Source: a virus (lineage: Duplodnaviria; Caudoviricetes). From it: DNA of 64,000 nt. Below the pieces are notes generated by a model that was not told the DNA's origin, did not search any database, and saw only the letters and a program-made list of their open reading frames with translations. Both the position numbers and the translations under genes were made by a program. This document shows positions 42,529-52,011 of the stretch, one piece after another; position 1 is the first letter of the stretch, and each line of letters begins with the position of its first letter. Where the stretch lies: positions 8,742 to 72,741 of the IMG/VR virus record IMGVR_UViG_3300033121_000370; one strand, given 5' to 3'.

Positions 42529-43474
42529 GATTACTCGTAATTACCTTCTTAACACAACCTGAGCAAGGGGTACCCTCTATCTGCTTGGATAGGTGGGCTT
42601 GGCGTAGCTCCTGCATAATCTTAGAGTTCCATACATCAACGAAGCTGCTGTTGTTTAGGTCACCGTGGATGAAGCGACTATCCGGTACCCCGAAGCAGCA
42701 AGCATTCATGGTTCCATCAAAGTTTACGTGGCCCTCCCGGAATAAAGCCCAACAAGGGACTACTGGAACTGGGTTAGCTGCCCGGCCTGGATTACCCCCT
42801 ACGAATTCCCAAGCCTCCTTCTCGATGTTACCAGCCTGATTGAACAGGGGTAGAGCATACACTTCATCTACAAAGGGTCTAATCTGCTCTAGGGCCTCAG
42901 ACATCTGGTCAGCTTGGTCGCCTGTGTACTCAATGTATGAAGCGTACAGGCCACACTTGTAGCCACCCTCATCACGGACCTTCTTAGCTGCTTGGATATT
43001 CTCTATGGACTTGTACCAATTCTTACGTGGTACTCGGGCTACTTCCTCATATTGCTCAGGTGTGGCAAAGTTAAATGAGAACTTCAGGGAATCCAGTCCA
43101 GCTTCCATGCACTCTTTTACCTTCTTGGGCGTAGCGAGTGTACCATTGGTGGTTAGGAATACGTACTCGAAGCCAATGTCCTTGGCATGTTTGATGGCTC
43201 GTGGTAGCCACGGCACAATCATGGACTCTCCAAAATAGAAGACCCCCAGCTCTTTTACCCCAGCATCCCGAATCTTCCGGATGTACTCCAGGTACTTCTC
43301 TTCGGGCATGTGGTCCTTCACAGCCAAGTCCGCATTCACACAGAAAGAGCACCTCTGATTACAGTTACGGGTAAGCTCAATCTTTACGGAAACAGGCGGA
43401 GGAATAATAGGTTCCTTCCAGCTCTCCGGGATAGTAGCTGTTGCGTCAATCTTCTTGGTAATACTATATTCCAC
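42503..43474 (-). CDS. Radical SAM protein with SPASM/twitch domain
   Basis: CNQRCSFC, GE, TTNG, then C...NFDGTMNACC...DVWNS...CSGC. Confidence 0.88.
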   Translation of the reverse strand: MEYSITKKIDATATIPESWKEPIIPPPVSVKIELTRNCNQRCSFCVNADLAVKDHMPEEKYLEYIRKIRDAGVKELGVFYFGESMIVPWLPRAIKHAKDIGFEYVFLTTNGTLATPKKVKECMEAGLDSLKFSFNFATPEQYEEVARVPRKNWYKSIENIQAAKKVRDEGGYKCGLYASYIEYTGDQADQMSEALEQIRPFVDEVYALPLFNQAGNIEKEAWEFVGGNPGRAANPVPVVPCWALFREGHVNFDGTMNACCFGVPDSRFIHGDLNNSSFVDVWNSKIMQELRQAHLSKQIEGTPCSGCVKKVITSNHAKNSISP

Positions 43475-43489
43475 TGTAGTCTCTCTCCT

Positions 43490-44203
43490 TTAAGCCCTAA
43501 CGGCTATGTAATCGTTGCTGAATTTATCTGTCACTGTGTACCCCATCTCTTTCAGTAGTTCTAGGGGCCTCTCAGGGTTATCCTTTGTAGCTCCTAAGCC
43601 TTTTACCTCTACTATAATCACCGGGGAGTCTCTGGCTATAAACTGCCTAGCTCCCTCCAACACATAAGGCTCAAAGCCTTCTACGTCTACCTTGATGAGG
43701 TCTACCTTAGGGGTAAGGTCTAGGATAGCGTCAAGAGGAGTTGATTGGACAGGTCTAGCCCATATAAGCTCTTCCTTATGGGGGATTGAGTTACCTGTAT
43801 TTGTGCCACCCACTTCTATGTAAACCAGTTCAGATTTGTCCGAGACAGCCATGTTAAATATCTCAATGTTATTGATTTTCCTAGTGTTCCTTCTCAGGCA
43901 GTTGTATATAGGTCTAACCGGCTCGAAGGCGATTACCTTCTCAAAGTGCTTACTAAAGTGGATAGAGGCTATGCCTACGTGTGCCCCAACGTCCAAGCAA
44001 GTACGCTTAAAGAACAACTTGGCCATAGCCTTGTCTCGTACTTCCTTTTGGTACTCCAAGCCATAGGGGAGAAGGTGCTCTTCCCCATCAGGCCACCAAA
44101 GGCCGTTTACAAACTTCATAATGGTTAAATGTCCTCCTCGGGCCACATCTTTGCTAGTAATCTTAATTTTTGAATATCGCGTCTTGTACGTGACTCGCTG
44201 CAC
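43490..44203 (-). CDS. FkbM-family methyltransferase
   Basis: LDVGAHVG, IAFEP, AVSD, IKVDVEGFE..VL.GA and P.IIVE. Confidence 0.88.
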   Translation of the reverse strand: MQRVTYKTRYSKIKITSKDVARGGHLTIMKFVNGLWWPDGEEHLLPYGLEYQKEVRDKAMAKLFFKRTCLDVGAHVGIASIHFSKHFEKVIAFEPVRPIYNCLRRNTRKINNIEIFNMAVSDKSELVYIEVGGTNTGNSIPHKEELIWARPVQSTPLDAILDLTPKVDLIKVDVEGFEPYVLEGARQFIARDSPVIIVEVKGLGATKDNPERPLELLKEMGYTVTDKFSNDYIAVRA

Positions 44204-44421
44204 CGCCAGGCTTGCTTTACGTTACCATTATTGGTATAAGGCCAGATGTGGAGCTTCACATACTTGTAGATTGCTGTGTTTACTTCACGCTCACCTGGCC
44301 AGTTACGGTTTAGCCACGCCCAAAGCTTAAGTAGCTTATAGGGTGTCGTAGGTCTCCTCTTGGTGAAACCTTTGCGATTGCGTATAGATATGGTGGGAGT
44401 AGGTGTGAAGACTTCAGCCAT
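44125..44421 (-). CDS. Hypothetical protein
   Basis: ORF in the late-arm orientation. Confidence 0.45.
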   Translation of the reverse strand: MAEVFTPTPTISIRNRKGFTKRRPTTPYKLLKLWAWLNRNWPGEREVNTAIYKYVKLHIWPYTNNGNVKQAWRCSESRTRRDIQKLRLLAKMWPEEDI

Positions 44422-44522
44422 ACTCTAATTCTAGTATAGCTGAAGCCCAGGAGCAAGAAGTATTAAGAGGTGTTTAAAAAGCGTTCGTTAAGGAGCATTC
44501 GCTCCGCTCACTATCGCTCTCT

Positions 44523-44822
44523 TTAGGGGGCTGTGTGAAGAGAATTCAAGAAATTATGGGTTATTTCGCTTAGTTGCATAAGGGATGGGACTAGGACTAT
44601 TAGACCTACTACAACCCCAATGGCTATGCGGATTCCTTTGCCTTTATTGTATACATCCAGAAGTGTTTTAATCGCTGAGGATATTTCGTTTAGACGTATT
44701 TCCACTCGCTCCTCAAAGGCAGTGAGGCTGTCTTCTATAGAGTCAACTCGGCCTTCGAGCTTACCGAGGTTGTGGTATACGTCAACTATCTTATCAACCA
44801 AGTCTTGGGGGGCTGGTGTCAT
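44523..44822 (-). CDS. Coiled-coil plus C-terminal TM protein (hemolysin XhlA/holin-like architecture)
   Basis: Heptad region followed by GKGIRIAIGVVVGLIVLVP. Confidence 0.5.
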   Translation of the reverse strand: MTPAPQDLVDKIVDVYHNLGKLEGRVDSIEDSLTAFEERVEIRLNEISSAIKTLLDVYNKGKGIRIAIGVVVGLIVLVPSLMQLSEITHNFLNSLHTAP

Positions 44823-44853
44823 CTTTCAAGTTTCTTCTCAAAAGTTAGAGTTT

Positions 44854-47800
44854 CTAGTGCTCTGGGTAGACCTGAGCAAGGTTAGCTTGCTCTCTACGAA
44901 TAGCCGGAGAGGCTCTTCGCTGTTGTAACTTTCCTTGATTGATGCTACGTAGCTGTTCCATCACCCGCCTGGTTACCGTTGGCATGTCTATTTTAACACG
45001 GTTTTTCACAGCAGCTGATTGGTTAGATGCCTGTAAATCCTTCAGATAATCCCGGTACTCTTGTAGGAATTCTTGTTCTTCTTCGGCGTTGCCTTGCTGG
45101 CGGGCTAGGATAGACTTAACCCGTAGGGCCACCAAAGAATCATAGGCTCTTTCCTTAGCTACGGCAGTCCGGGAGACTAGCCGGTTAGAAGCGAACTGCT
45201 CCTCACGGGCACGAGATACCTTGGTAGGAGTGAACCCAACAGCCTGGAAAGCTGTATCGAGGTAGTCATAAGTAGTCGGCAGTACGTTACCTTGGCGAGA
45301 TACAACCCCGTACTCATTAGCGTACATGGCCTTAATTGGGTTACGGATAGCTGCCGGAGCTAAAGTAGCCATAGCTAGAGTTTCGTGACCGCTTACCCAG
45401 TAGTTGTAAGCATCCTGAATAGTACCTACTGTGGACCCTGCTGGGCCAAGAAGGTCCCAGATGTCGCCGCTAGTGGTCACTCCGCTGAAGGTTTGTACAC
45501 CCACACGCTGAGAAATATCGATACCGGCTAAAGCACGTACAGCCCCTTTATCAACCATCTCAGCCACCATGGATGAGCCAGTTAGGTCTGTGAGGGCTTC
45601 TCGTAGCTCTGTTTCGATGTCAGGGTCAATGCCAGTAATTAGCTTGTACAGCTTGTCATAGGCATCCTTAGCGGGTTCACCAAAGGGTACTGCCCCGGAC
45701 AAGCCAGATGTTGCCATTAGGCCTAAGAACAACACAGCAAAGGCCTTACGGGCCTCTGGTGTAGTCCCACTCCAGTCGAGCCTTCCGTCTGTAAGCTTAA
45801 TTCCAAAGGCTTGTTTGAACAGCCCTATATACTGGTCCAACATCTTCACAGGGAAGGCTAGGAACTGGGTGGGAACAGCTAGAGCACCTCTGAAGGCCTT
45901 AGCCCGGTTGAACTTGGTAGTATCCGGGTGGCTAAGCTCAATAGCTATTTCAGCCATAAGAGAGGCATCGTTTACGTCTGAGCCAGCCCAGGGAGTGCTT
46001 TCCAGCATCTTCTCAAGGCGAGCTTTGATTGCTGGAGAGCTCTTAGCTTTCTTGGCTAGGTCATAAGCGGCTAGGGCTGTGGCTACTCGAGTGGTTGCCT
46101 CGACCCGGTTGAACATGAAGGAGAAGACGTTACCGGCCTTGTTAGCGAAGTCAGTGAAGCCTTCTATCTGCTTCTTTTCACCTGGTAACTGAAGGGCCAC
46201 ATCGCGTGCTTGCATCTCCTCGACGACAGTGTGGGGCCTTAGAGTACCCTTCTCAATTAGGTCGTAGATAAGGCGCTCGTGCTCAGAGAGACTTTCCAAG
46301 TCATCAGTGGCCTTATCAATAATGTCCTTGTAAGGATTTGGGTTGGAGGGGTCACTCCAGCGGATAAACGAATCCTTAGACAGGAGGGATTGGTTAGTGT
46401 ACTTGGCTAGAGCCTTAGCTGCTTCACCCGGGCTACCGTACATATTGGTAAGAATAGGCAGCGAGGAGTGCACTACCTGAAGCATATTGAGGGCTGCCGA
46501 GGAAGGATTCAAGCCCAGGAAGTAGTTAAACATCCAGCTACGAAGCTGAGCAAACTCATTCTGGTTAGAGAAGACGTAGTTTACGTAATCGTCAGCATAC
46601 TCTCTGACTGACTGATGGATTACCCCGGTCATAGCCTTGTGGGCCAATTCAGCTCTGGCACCGTTCATGCTAGAGGCATACTGGTTCTTGGCAATGGTAG
46701 TAGCTGCCCGGCTAGCATAGACTGAGCCAGCACCTACTACATAGTTGTCCAGGTTGTCATTGTGCAGGTACCCTTGAAGGCCTAGGGATTTCTTCTCATG
46801 AAGAGCAAAGCCTCTCTTGGCCCAAGCTTCTCTCATGGACTGAAGAAGGGCTAGGCGCTCTTCATTAGAGAGGCCTGGAATCTCATTAGCCAAAGCCATT
46901 TGCTCAAAGATGTCGAATTGGCCAGCAGTAATGAAGTTGCGGGCAGCCGCTGCTGATTTTATGCCGGTGAGGTCAACTACGCCGAAGTTAGGCTTATCCA
47001 CGGGCATGAAAGCACCTGGATGAACAGCCTTGAACTCTTCCAAGCGCTTGTTCATGTATTCCAAAAGATTAGCTTTGCTCTGGAGCTTACCAAACATATT
47101 AGTAGGTAGATTGATTGTACCTATACGCTCATAGGGCTCATCTTCAGCTACTGTAGTCTTGATACGGGAACCAATGGTTGGAGTAGCTGTTGGCTGGCTC
47201 TTGTCGTAGATAGTTACGAAGTAGGGAGACTGACGAACACGGGGTAGATGGAAATGCTTGGACATCTTCTCAATCTGCTCTAGGGCTGTAGCAGCAGCTT
47301 CTAGTTGGCCTAGTTCTTCCACTGTAATAGTGTTGGCTACTCTTCCCTGCTTAGCTCTAATCCGGATAGTATCTGAAACTATGTTCCGCATGTTCAAGTT
47401 TGTAAAGCCAGCCTTCTCCAAGGCATCGCCGAAGACATCCCAAGTGGTCGAGAGATAATGTTCCTTACGGAGGCCGCTAAATAGTCTGTCAATTACCTCT
47501 AGGTGCCGCATGAGCTTAGGTGTAATAGTTACAGTATCTCCAGCCTTCACGCCTAGACCTGCAAAGTCAGAGTCTAGCTTAATGTCAAAGGTATCTGGGT
47601 ATGAGCCGTCAGGCTTGGTAAACTTGGGTAGAGGCTTTTCATTGATAGCTAGGTAAGCAGCAGCCTTGCTGAACGATGCCCTATCTTCCTTGGACCACTT
47701 AAGGATAGGGACAAGTTTAGCTGTTGCATAGGAACGAATAGCGTGGGCCTTTTGCTCCATCTGCTTGGAGATGTGGAACAAGGGGCGTAAACTTGGGATG

Positions 47801-50800
47801 CGGCTAGCGTGTGTCTGAAGGTCCCTGAACCACCAACCAATCAGGCCAATACGGCTGGTGGCTGAGCGCAGGTCTTCCTTGAAATTCTCTGGGCGCTTAC
47901 CGGGTAGTGCTGATACAAGGGAGTTCTTTTCTTTAGCAATCTTATCCTTGAGGCCCGCAGACATCTTTTTAACGGGATTCTCCCAGTTAAAGGTATCCTT
48001 GTCCTGGATTTCCACAAAGGAGCCATCGTAGATTACGTAGTTAGGCTCACTCTCGTTAGTACCTCCCATAGCCGCGTATCTGTGGCCTGGGATATTCCCT
48101 ACTTGAGCTAGGGCTAGAGAGGCTTGCATGTCAGAGGGATGCTCATGGCTAGGTACTCTCAGACGAAGTTCTTCGTAAAAGTCGCGGCCACTAAGATTCA
48201 TAATATCTAAAGGTTCCCCTAAGGCGGCCTCTGTAAAATCATTTGGGTCTAACTCGTCTAAAATACGCACGTCCTCTGTATGGCTAGGGGGGTGGTACCC
48301 ATAACCATTAATCTTATCGTCTTTAATCCTAGCAATAGCATCTTTAGCGGGGATGTTATCAGTTTGCATAAGTGCAAGAACTTCTCCTATAACACCTAGT
48401 CTCATGCCTGAATTTTTCCCCTTATAAGTAGGGTCTATCTGGACCCTTAGGAATTTCTTAGCAATGGCCATCACACCCCTTTTAACATACTCACTCTGCT
48501 GATTAATAGGTTTATCCCAGTCTAGGAGGTGGCTTTGATTAATTGGGTCATTCCAGAACTTAACCCAGTAGGAGATGGGTAGAGGCGTAGGTGCTCTGTA
48601 TTTAAAGTTAGTTGTATCTAGACTTTCTAGAGCTTCTATATAACTCTTAGACTTTCTTATCTCATCGCGTACTCGCGCTAAAAGTACATCCCTAGTTTCG
48701 TATAAAGGTTGGAAGGTTTGGTCCTCGGTAACCTCTTTATAGTCCTTCTCGGTTATGAGGAGTACTTTTTTCCTATAGCTTACACTACTCGCTATAGCGT
48801 CTTCTGTTGTCTCGAACTGGTCAAAGTCTTCAGCAAGCTCTGAGAGGGCCCTGTACATAATATCAGGGTCTTTATACGACATAGCTAATTCTAGCATCTT
48901 TTTTGTTGTTAGCGGTACCCCCTTATACTGAAGGATTGGGTTTTTATCTCTAACAGCTGCTTTAAACTGTCTAAAGTAGTTCTTAGCAACTTCTTGGGCT
49001 GAGCCAAAGTATAACCCCCAGCCAAAAGCTTGGTTACCCTCCCCAGTACCTATAAAGTCTGTATTGAATTCACTAAAGTCATGAGGAGAGATGTGAGTAG
49101 CATCTACCGTGTTCATCAGGTTACGCACATGAGCAAACTTTACAATGTCCAGGTTCTGGAAAGCCTTGTTGGCTGGTGTACGTCCAGCTACCAGCTCACC
49201 TGAGCTTATCCGGTCAAACAGGTCAAAGACTTCCTCAGGCGTAGAAACACCTAGGATGTTATTTATGTATGTACGGAGATAGCCTAGAAACTTCGCTACG
49301 CGGTTTCTAATCTTTTCTACGAGGTGGGGGTTTTCATTTTGGAAATCATTCTTGAAGCGCTGGGTTTGGCTAAAGTGCTCAGCAATAGCTTCCTCTAGTA
49401 ATCCCTCTTTTCCAAGGTTCTTGTACTCGGGGTTTGTATCAAAGCCATACAGGCTTACCCAATTACCCTTAACAGCAGCCCTCTCAAGCATTTTCCACTC
49501 AGGCACCGAGATGAGCCCAAGGTTACGAAGAGCGTGGATGCTCTCGTGATTAATGGTAGAGATAAGGCTACGCCCTTCTGGCTGAAGAGCTGAAATAACT
49601 AGGGTCTTACCCTCTACGTACCCACCGGCCCCATTAGCCAGCTTCTCGAGGGTAACAACAGGGTCTACGTGGCCCAGGAGGCCCATCCGTTGGAGAACAC
49701 CCTTTAGAATTGTATCTGTCTCGTGCTTCAGAAGGCCAGCCATAGTCCGCTTGACAGCTTCCTCACGCTGCTTAACAGCCTTGTCTCTAAATCTATTCGG
49801 AGCCAGAATGCCCGCTAAGCCTTTGTTAGCGGCCAGGTCCTGATTGTACATCTGTAGACCAGCGTCATTCTTTGTAGGGAAGTCCAGAACAGCTGACTTC
49901 TTTAAGGCGTTACCGAAGACATTTGGGCTCCTCCGTGTAGAAGCTGTGAGCTGCTCAATGACATCAGATACATTGGCCCGAGCTGCGGCATCCCTAGGCT
50001 TAGTACTAGTCATGCTTGGGCTGAGGTCAGCTGTAGCTATCTGCTCATTGAACTTCTTACCGCCGAGGTACAGTTCTTTCTCAGCAGCAGCCTTCTCAGC
50101 TGGAGTTAGCGCTCGATAAGAAGGGGAATTAATTAGGTTCAGGCGAGCCTGTTCAAATTCTTCAGTACCTTCAGGAATAGCATTTAGCATATAGTCACCA
50201 CCTAGGTGACGTTCCCCTGGAGGATTAGCAGCTGCCTGATTATTTATCTGGTTACGCTCTACGATTTCCTGAAGCTCCAGGTCAATTGGAGCAGCTACCT
50301 GTTTCTTGGCCTTACGCTGGATGCTAGGGAGCACAGGCTTAGAGATGCCTAAGTCCTTGTTCTCGTAAGTATATTTAGCCTGGAAGAGGTCATAGGCTTC
50401 TTTTAGTTTAGCCTCTCTAGCTTCTTTTGAAAGGGTTCGAAAACCTGGGTCCCTCTTTACCTTGTCGAGGTATTCTACTATCTTCTTGTTGAACTCAGCA
50501 GCCGAAGAGACCGCAGCCTTCTGACCCACTTGAGTAGCTACATCTTCCGGTAAACCGAGTGAGGCAGCCCTTTCAGTAGCCCAGCGGCCTACAAGAGGAG
50601 GGGCCATGCCTTCTTGGGTGACTTCGCCACCAGAAGCTGTTACTCCCCTGGAGGGAGCAAAGGTAGCTCCTACAGGGTTCTTGGGATTGTATGATTCGTT
50701 CTTGGCTGCTTGGGCTGCATTGGCCTTGGAAATTTCTCCTATAGCCTTTTGCTGGCCTCTGGTTAGGTCTCGAGGTTGACGAGGCTGGAACTCCATCCCG

Positions 50801-51996
50801 GCTGAGCCTGGGCTTAAGTTAGCAGCTGTCCGGGCCTTCTTGGCTACTGAGATACCTACAGGTCCCGATTGAATTAATTGGTTATAGACAGCCTCAACGT
50901 TATTCGGAGCTATCTTCTGGGCAGCTAATACGAAGTCTTCTTTGGTAACAGGAGCTATGTCTTTAGCTGCTTCCTGGTCTACCCTCTCCTCAAGCGGATT
51001 AGTTGCCGGAGACTTACCTAGAAGGTAAGACATACTTAGCTCAGCTACGCCACCTGGTAGCTCTAGCATACCCTCCATTGCAACACCGGCTGGGTCGTAG
51101 ATACTACCTGTCTCACTTACCTGACCAGCTACTTCTGAGCCAGCGCCTAGACCTACTTGAGTGGCAACACCTTTAGCTACCTGCCCCGGAATAGAGCGAC
51201 CAGCTAAAGCAGCTTGTTCAGCCGAGCGAACAGCTAGGGGAACTCCGCGAGCTCTCTCGATAGCCTTTACGGCACCAGTAGCCCGCCCGGCCATACCCAT
51301 AGATAAAGCGTCAATAGCAGCCACTGGAGTTGCATAAGCTAATGCTCTCCGTTGTACTTCCTGTTGAACTTGGGGGTTATTAGCGAATACACCAAACTGG
51401 TCAGAGGCCGGGTCTACCCCGTGCTGCTGAGCTAGTTCCTTTAGGACATCATTGTAGCGGGTAGGCTGGTTAACAGCAAAAGAGCCAATACCTGCGCCAG
51501 CTACAGCACCGAGCGGATTACCGCCACTAACCACGAGGCCAGCAGCTGTGGTAGCCAGAGGTACAGCCATAAGGGGAGCTGATTGAGCTAAAGCTGGAAG
51601 AGTAAAATTGAGGGGATGAGCTACAGCTTGGCCAATGGCAGGAAGGATGCCTTCACTTGCCTTCTCGGATGCTGCTCGATATTCAGGACTAGGCATCACA
51701 TCAGGCATAGGAGCAGGGGTATCCCTCATCCACTCCTGGGCTGTGTCTTCGCTGTAGAAGCCTAACTGCTCTCCGGCACGAACCAAGGCATCATAGCCTT
51801 GGGATATACCCATCTTTGCATAGTCAGCTGTATCAGCTTCTTTTACAAAGGTACCCCGGTTAGCGTCGTAAAGGACTGGCTCGCCCTTACTATTTGTAAG
51901 CCGAGTCTCCCCATGTACTAGAGGCTTCCAGGATAGATTGTCACTTAGATAGCTAAGAGACCCATCTGGATTACGCTTAACGTGCACCTTTGCCAT
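44854..51996 (-). CDS. Giant internal virion (ejection) / polyvalent protein
   Basis: 2380 aa, following other core-protein genes. Contains an HESIH...EEAIAE zincin-like motif and a HxSPxxF..F...IGTGEG.QAFGWGLYF module. Confidence 0.75.
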   Translation of the reverse strand: MAKVHVKRNPDGSLSYLSDNLSWKPLVHGETRLTNSKGEPVLYDANRGTFVKEADTADYAKMGISQGYDALVRAGEQLGFYSEDTAQEWMRDTPAPMPDVMPSPEYRAASEKASEGILPAIGQAVAHPLNFTLPALAQSAPLMAVPLATTAAGLVVSGGNPLGAVAGAGIGSFAVNQPTRYNDVLKELAQQHGVDPASDQFGVFANNPQVQQEVQRRALAYATPVAAIDALSMGMAGRATGAVKAIERARGVPLAVRSAEQAALAGRSIPGQVAKGVATQVGLGAGSEVAGQVSETGSIYDPAGVAMEGMLELPGGVAELSMSYLLGKSPATNPLEERVDQEAAKDIAPVTKEDFVLAAQKIAPNNVEAVYNQLIQSGPVGISVAKKARTAANLSPGSAGMEFQPRQPRDLTRGQQKAIGEISKANAAQAAKNESYNPKNPVGATFAPSRGVTASGGEVTQEGMAPPLVGRWATERAASLGLPEDVATQVGQKAAVSSAAEFNKKIVEYLDKVKRDPGFRTLSKEAREAKLKEAYDLFQAKYTYENKDLGISKPVLPSIQRKAKKQVAAPIDLELQEIVERNQINNQAAANPPGERHLGGDYMLNAIPEGTEEFEQARLNLINSPSYRALTPAEKAAAEKELYLGGKKFNEQIATADLSPSMTSTKPRDAAARANVSDVIEQLTASTRRSPNVFGNALKKSAVLDFPTKNDAGLQMYNQDLAANKGLAGILAPNRFRDKAVKQREEAVKRTMAGLLKHETDTILKGVLQRMGLLGHVDPVVTLEKLANGAGGYVEGKTLVISALQPEGRSLISTINHESIHALRNLGLISVPEWKMLERAAVKGNWVSLYGFDTNPEYKNLGKEGLLEEAIAEHFSQTQRFKNDFQNENPHLVEKIRNRVAKFLGYLRTYINNILGVSTPEEVFDLFDRISSGELVAGRTPANKAFQNLDIVKFAHVRNLMNTVDATHISPHDFSEFNTDFIGTGEGNQAFGWGLYFGSAQEVAKNYFRQFKAAVRDKNPILQYKGVPLTTKKMLELAMSYKDPDIMYRALSELAEDFDQFETTEDAIASSVSYRKKVLLITEKDYKEVTEDQTFQPLYETRDVLLARVRDEIRKSKSYIEALESLDTTNFKYRAPTPLPISYWVKFWNDPINQSHLLDWDKPINQQSEYVKRGVMAIAKKFLRVQIDPTYKGKNSGMRLGVIGEVLALMQTDNIPAKDAIARIKDDKINGYGYHPPSHTEDVRILDELDPNDFTEAALGEPLDIMNLSGRDFYEELRLRVPSHEHPSDMQASLALAQVGNIPGHRYAAMGGTNESEPNYVIYDGSFVEIQDKDTFNWENPVKKMSAGLKDKIAKEKNSLVSALPGKRPENFKEDLRSATSRIGLIGWWFRDLQTHASRIPSLRPLFHISKQMEQKAHAIRSYATAKLVPILKWSKEDRASFSKAAAYLAINEKPLPKFTKPDGSYPDTFDIKLDSDFAGLGVKAGDTVTITPKLMRHLEVIDRLFSGLRKEHYLSTTWDVFGDALEKAGFTNLNMRNIVSDTIRIRAKQGRVANTITVEELGQLEAAATALEQIEKMSKHFHLPRVRQSPYFVTIYDKSQPTATPTIGSRIKTTVAEDEPYERIGTINLPTNMFGKLQSKANLLEYMNKRLEEFKAVHPGAFMPVDKPNFGVVDLTGIKSAAAARNFITAGQFDIFEQMALANEIPGLSNEERLALLQSMREAWAKRGFALHEKKSLGLQGYLHNDNLDNYVVGAGSVYASRAATTIAKNQYASSMNGARAELAHKAMTGVIHQSVREYADDYVNYVFSNQNEFAQLRSWMFNYFLGLNPSSAALNMLQVVHSSLPILTNMYGSPGEAAKALAKYTNQSLLSKDSFIRWSDPSNPNPYKDIIDKATDDLESLSEHERLIYDLIEKGTLRPHTVVEEMQARDVALQLPGEKKQIEGFTDFANKAGNVFSFMFNRVEATTRVATALAAYDLAKKAKSSPAIKARLEKMLESTPWAGSDVNDASLMAEIAIELSHPDTTKFNRAKAFRGALAVPTQFLAFPVKMLDQYIGLFKQAFGIKLTDGRLDWSGTTPEARKAFAVLFLGLMATSGLSGAVPFGEPAKDAYDKLYKLITGIDPDIETELREALTDLTGSSMVAEMVDKGAVRALAGIDISQRVGVQTFSGVTTSGDIWDLLGPAGSTVGTIQDAYNYWVSGHETLAMATLAPAAIRNPIKAMYANEYGVVSRQGNVLPTTYDYLDTAFQAVGFTPTKVSRAREEQFASNRLVSRTAVAKERAYDSLVALRVKSILARQQGNAEEEQEFLQEYRDYLKDLQASNQSAAVKNRVKIDMPTVTRRVMEQLRSINQGKLQQRRASPAIRREQANLAQVYPEH

Positions 51997-52011
51997 TTAC
52001 TTTTACCCGGT

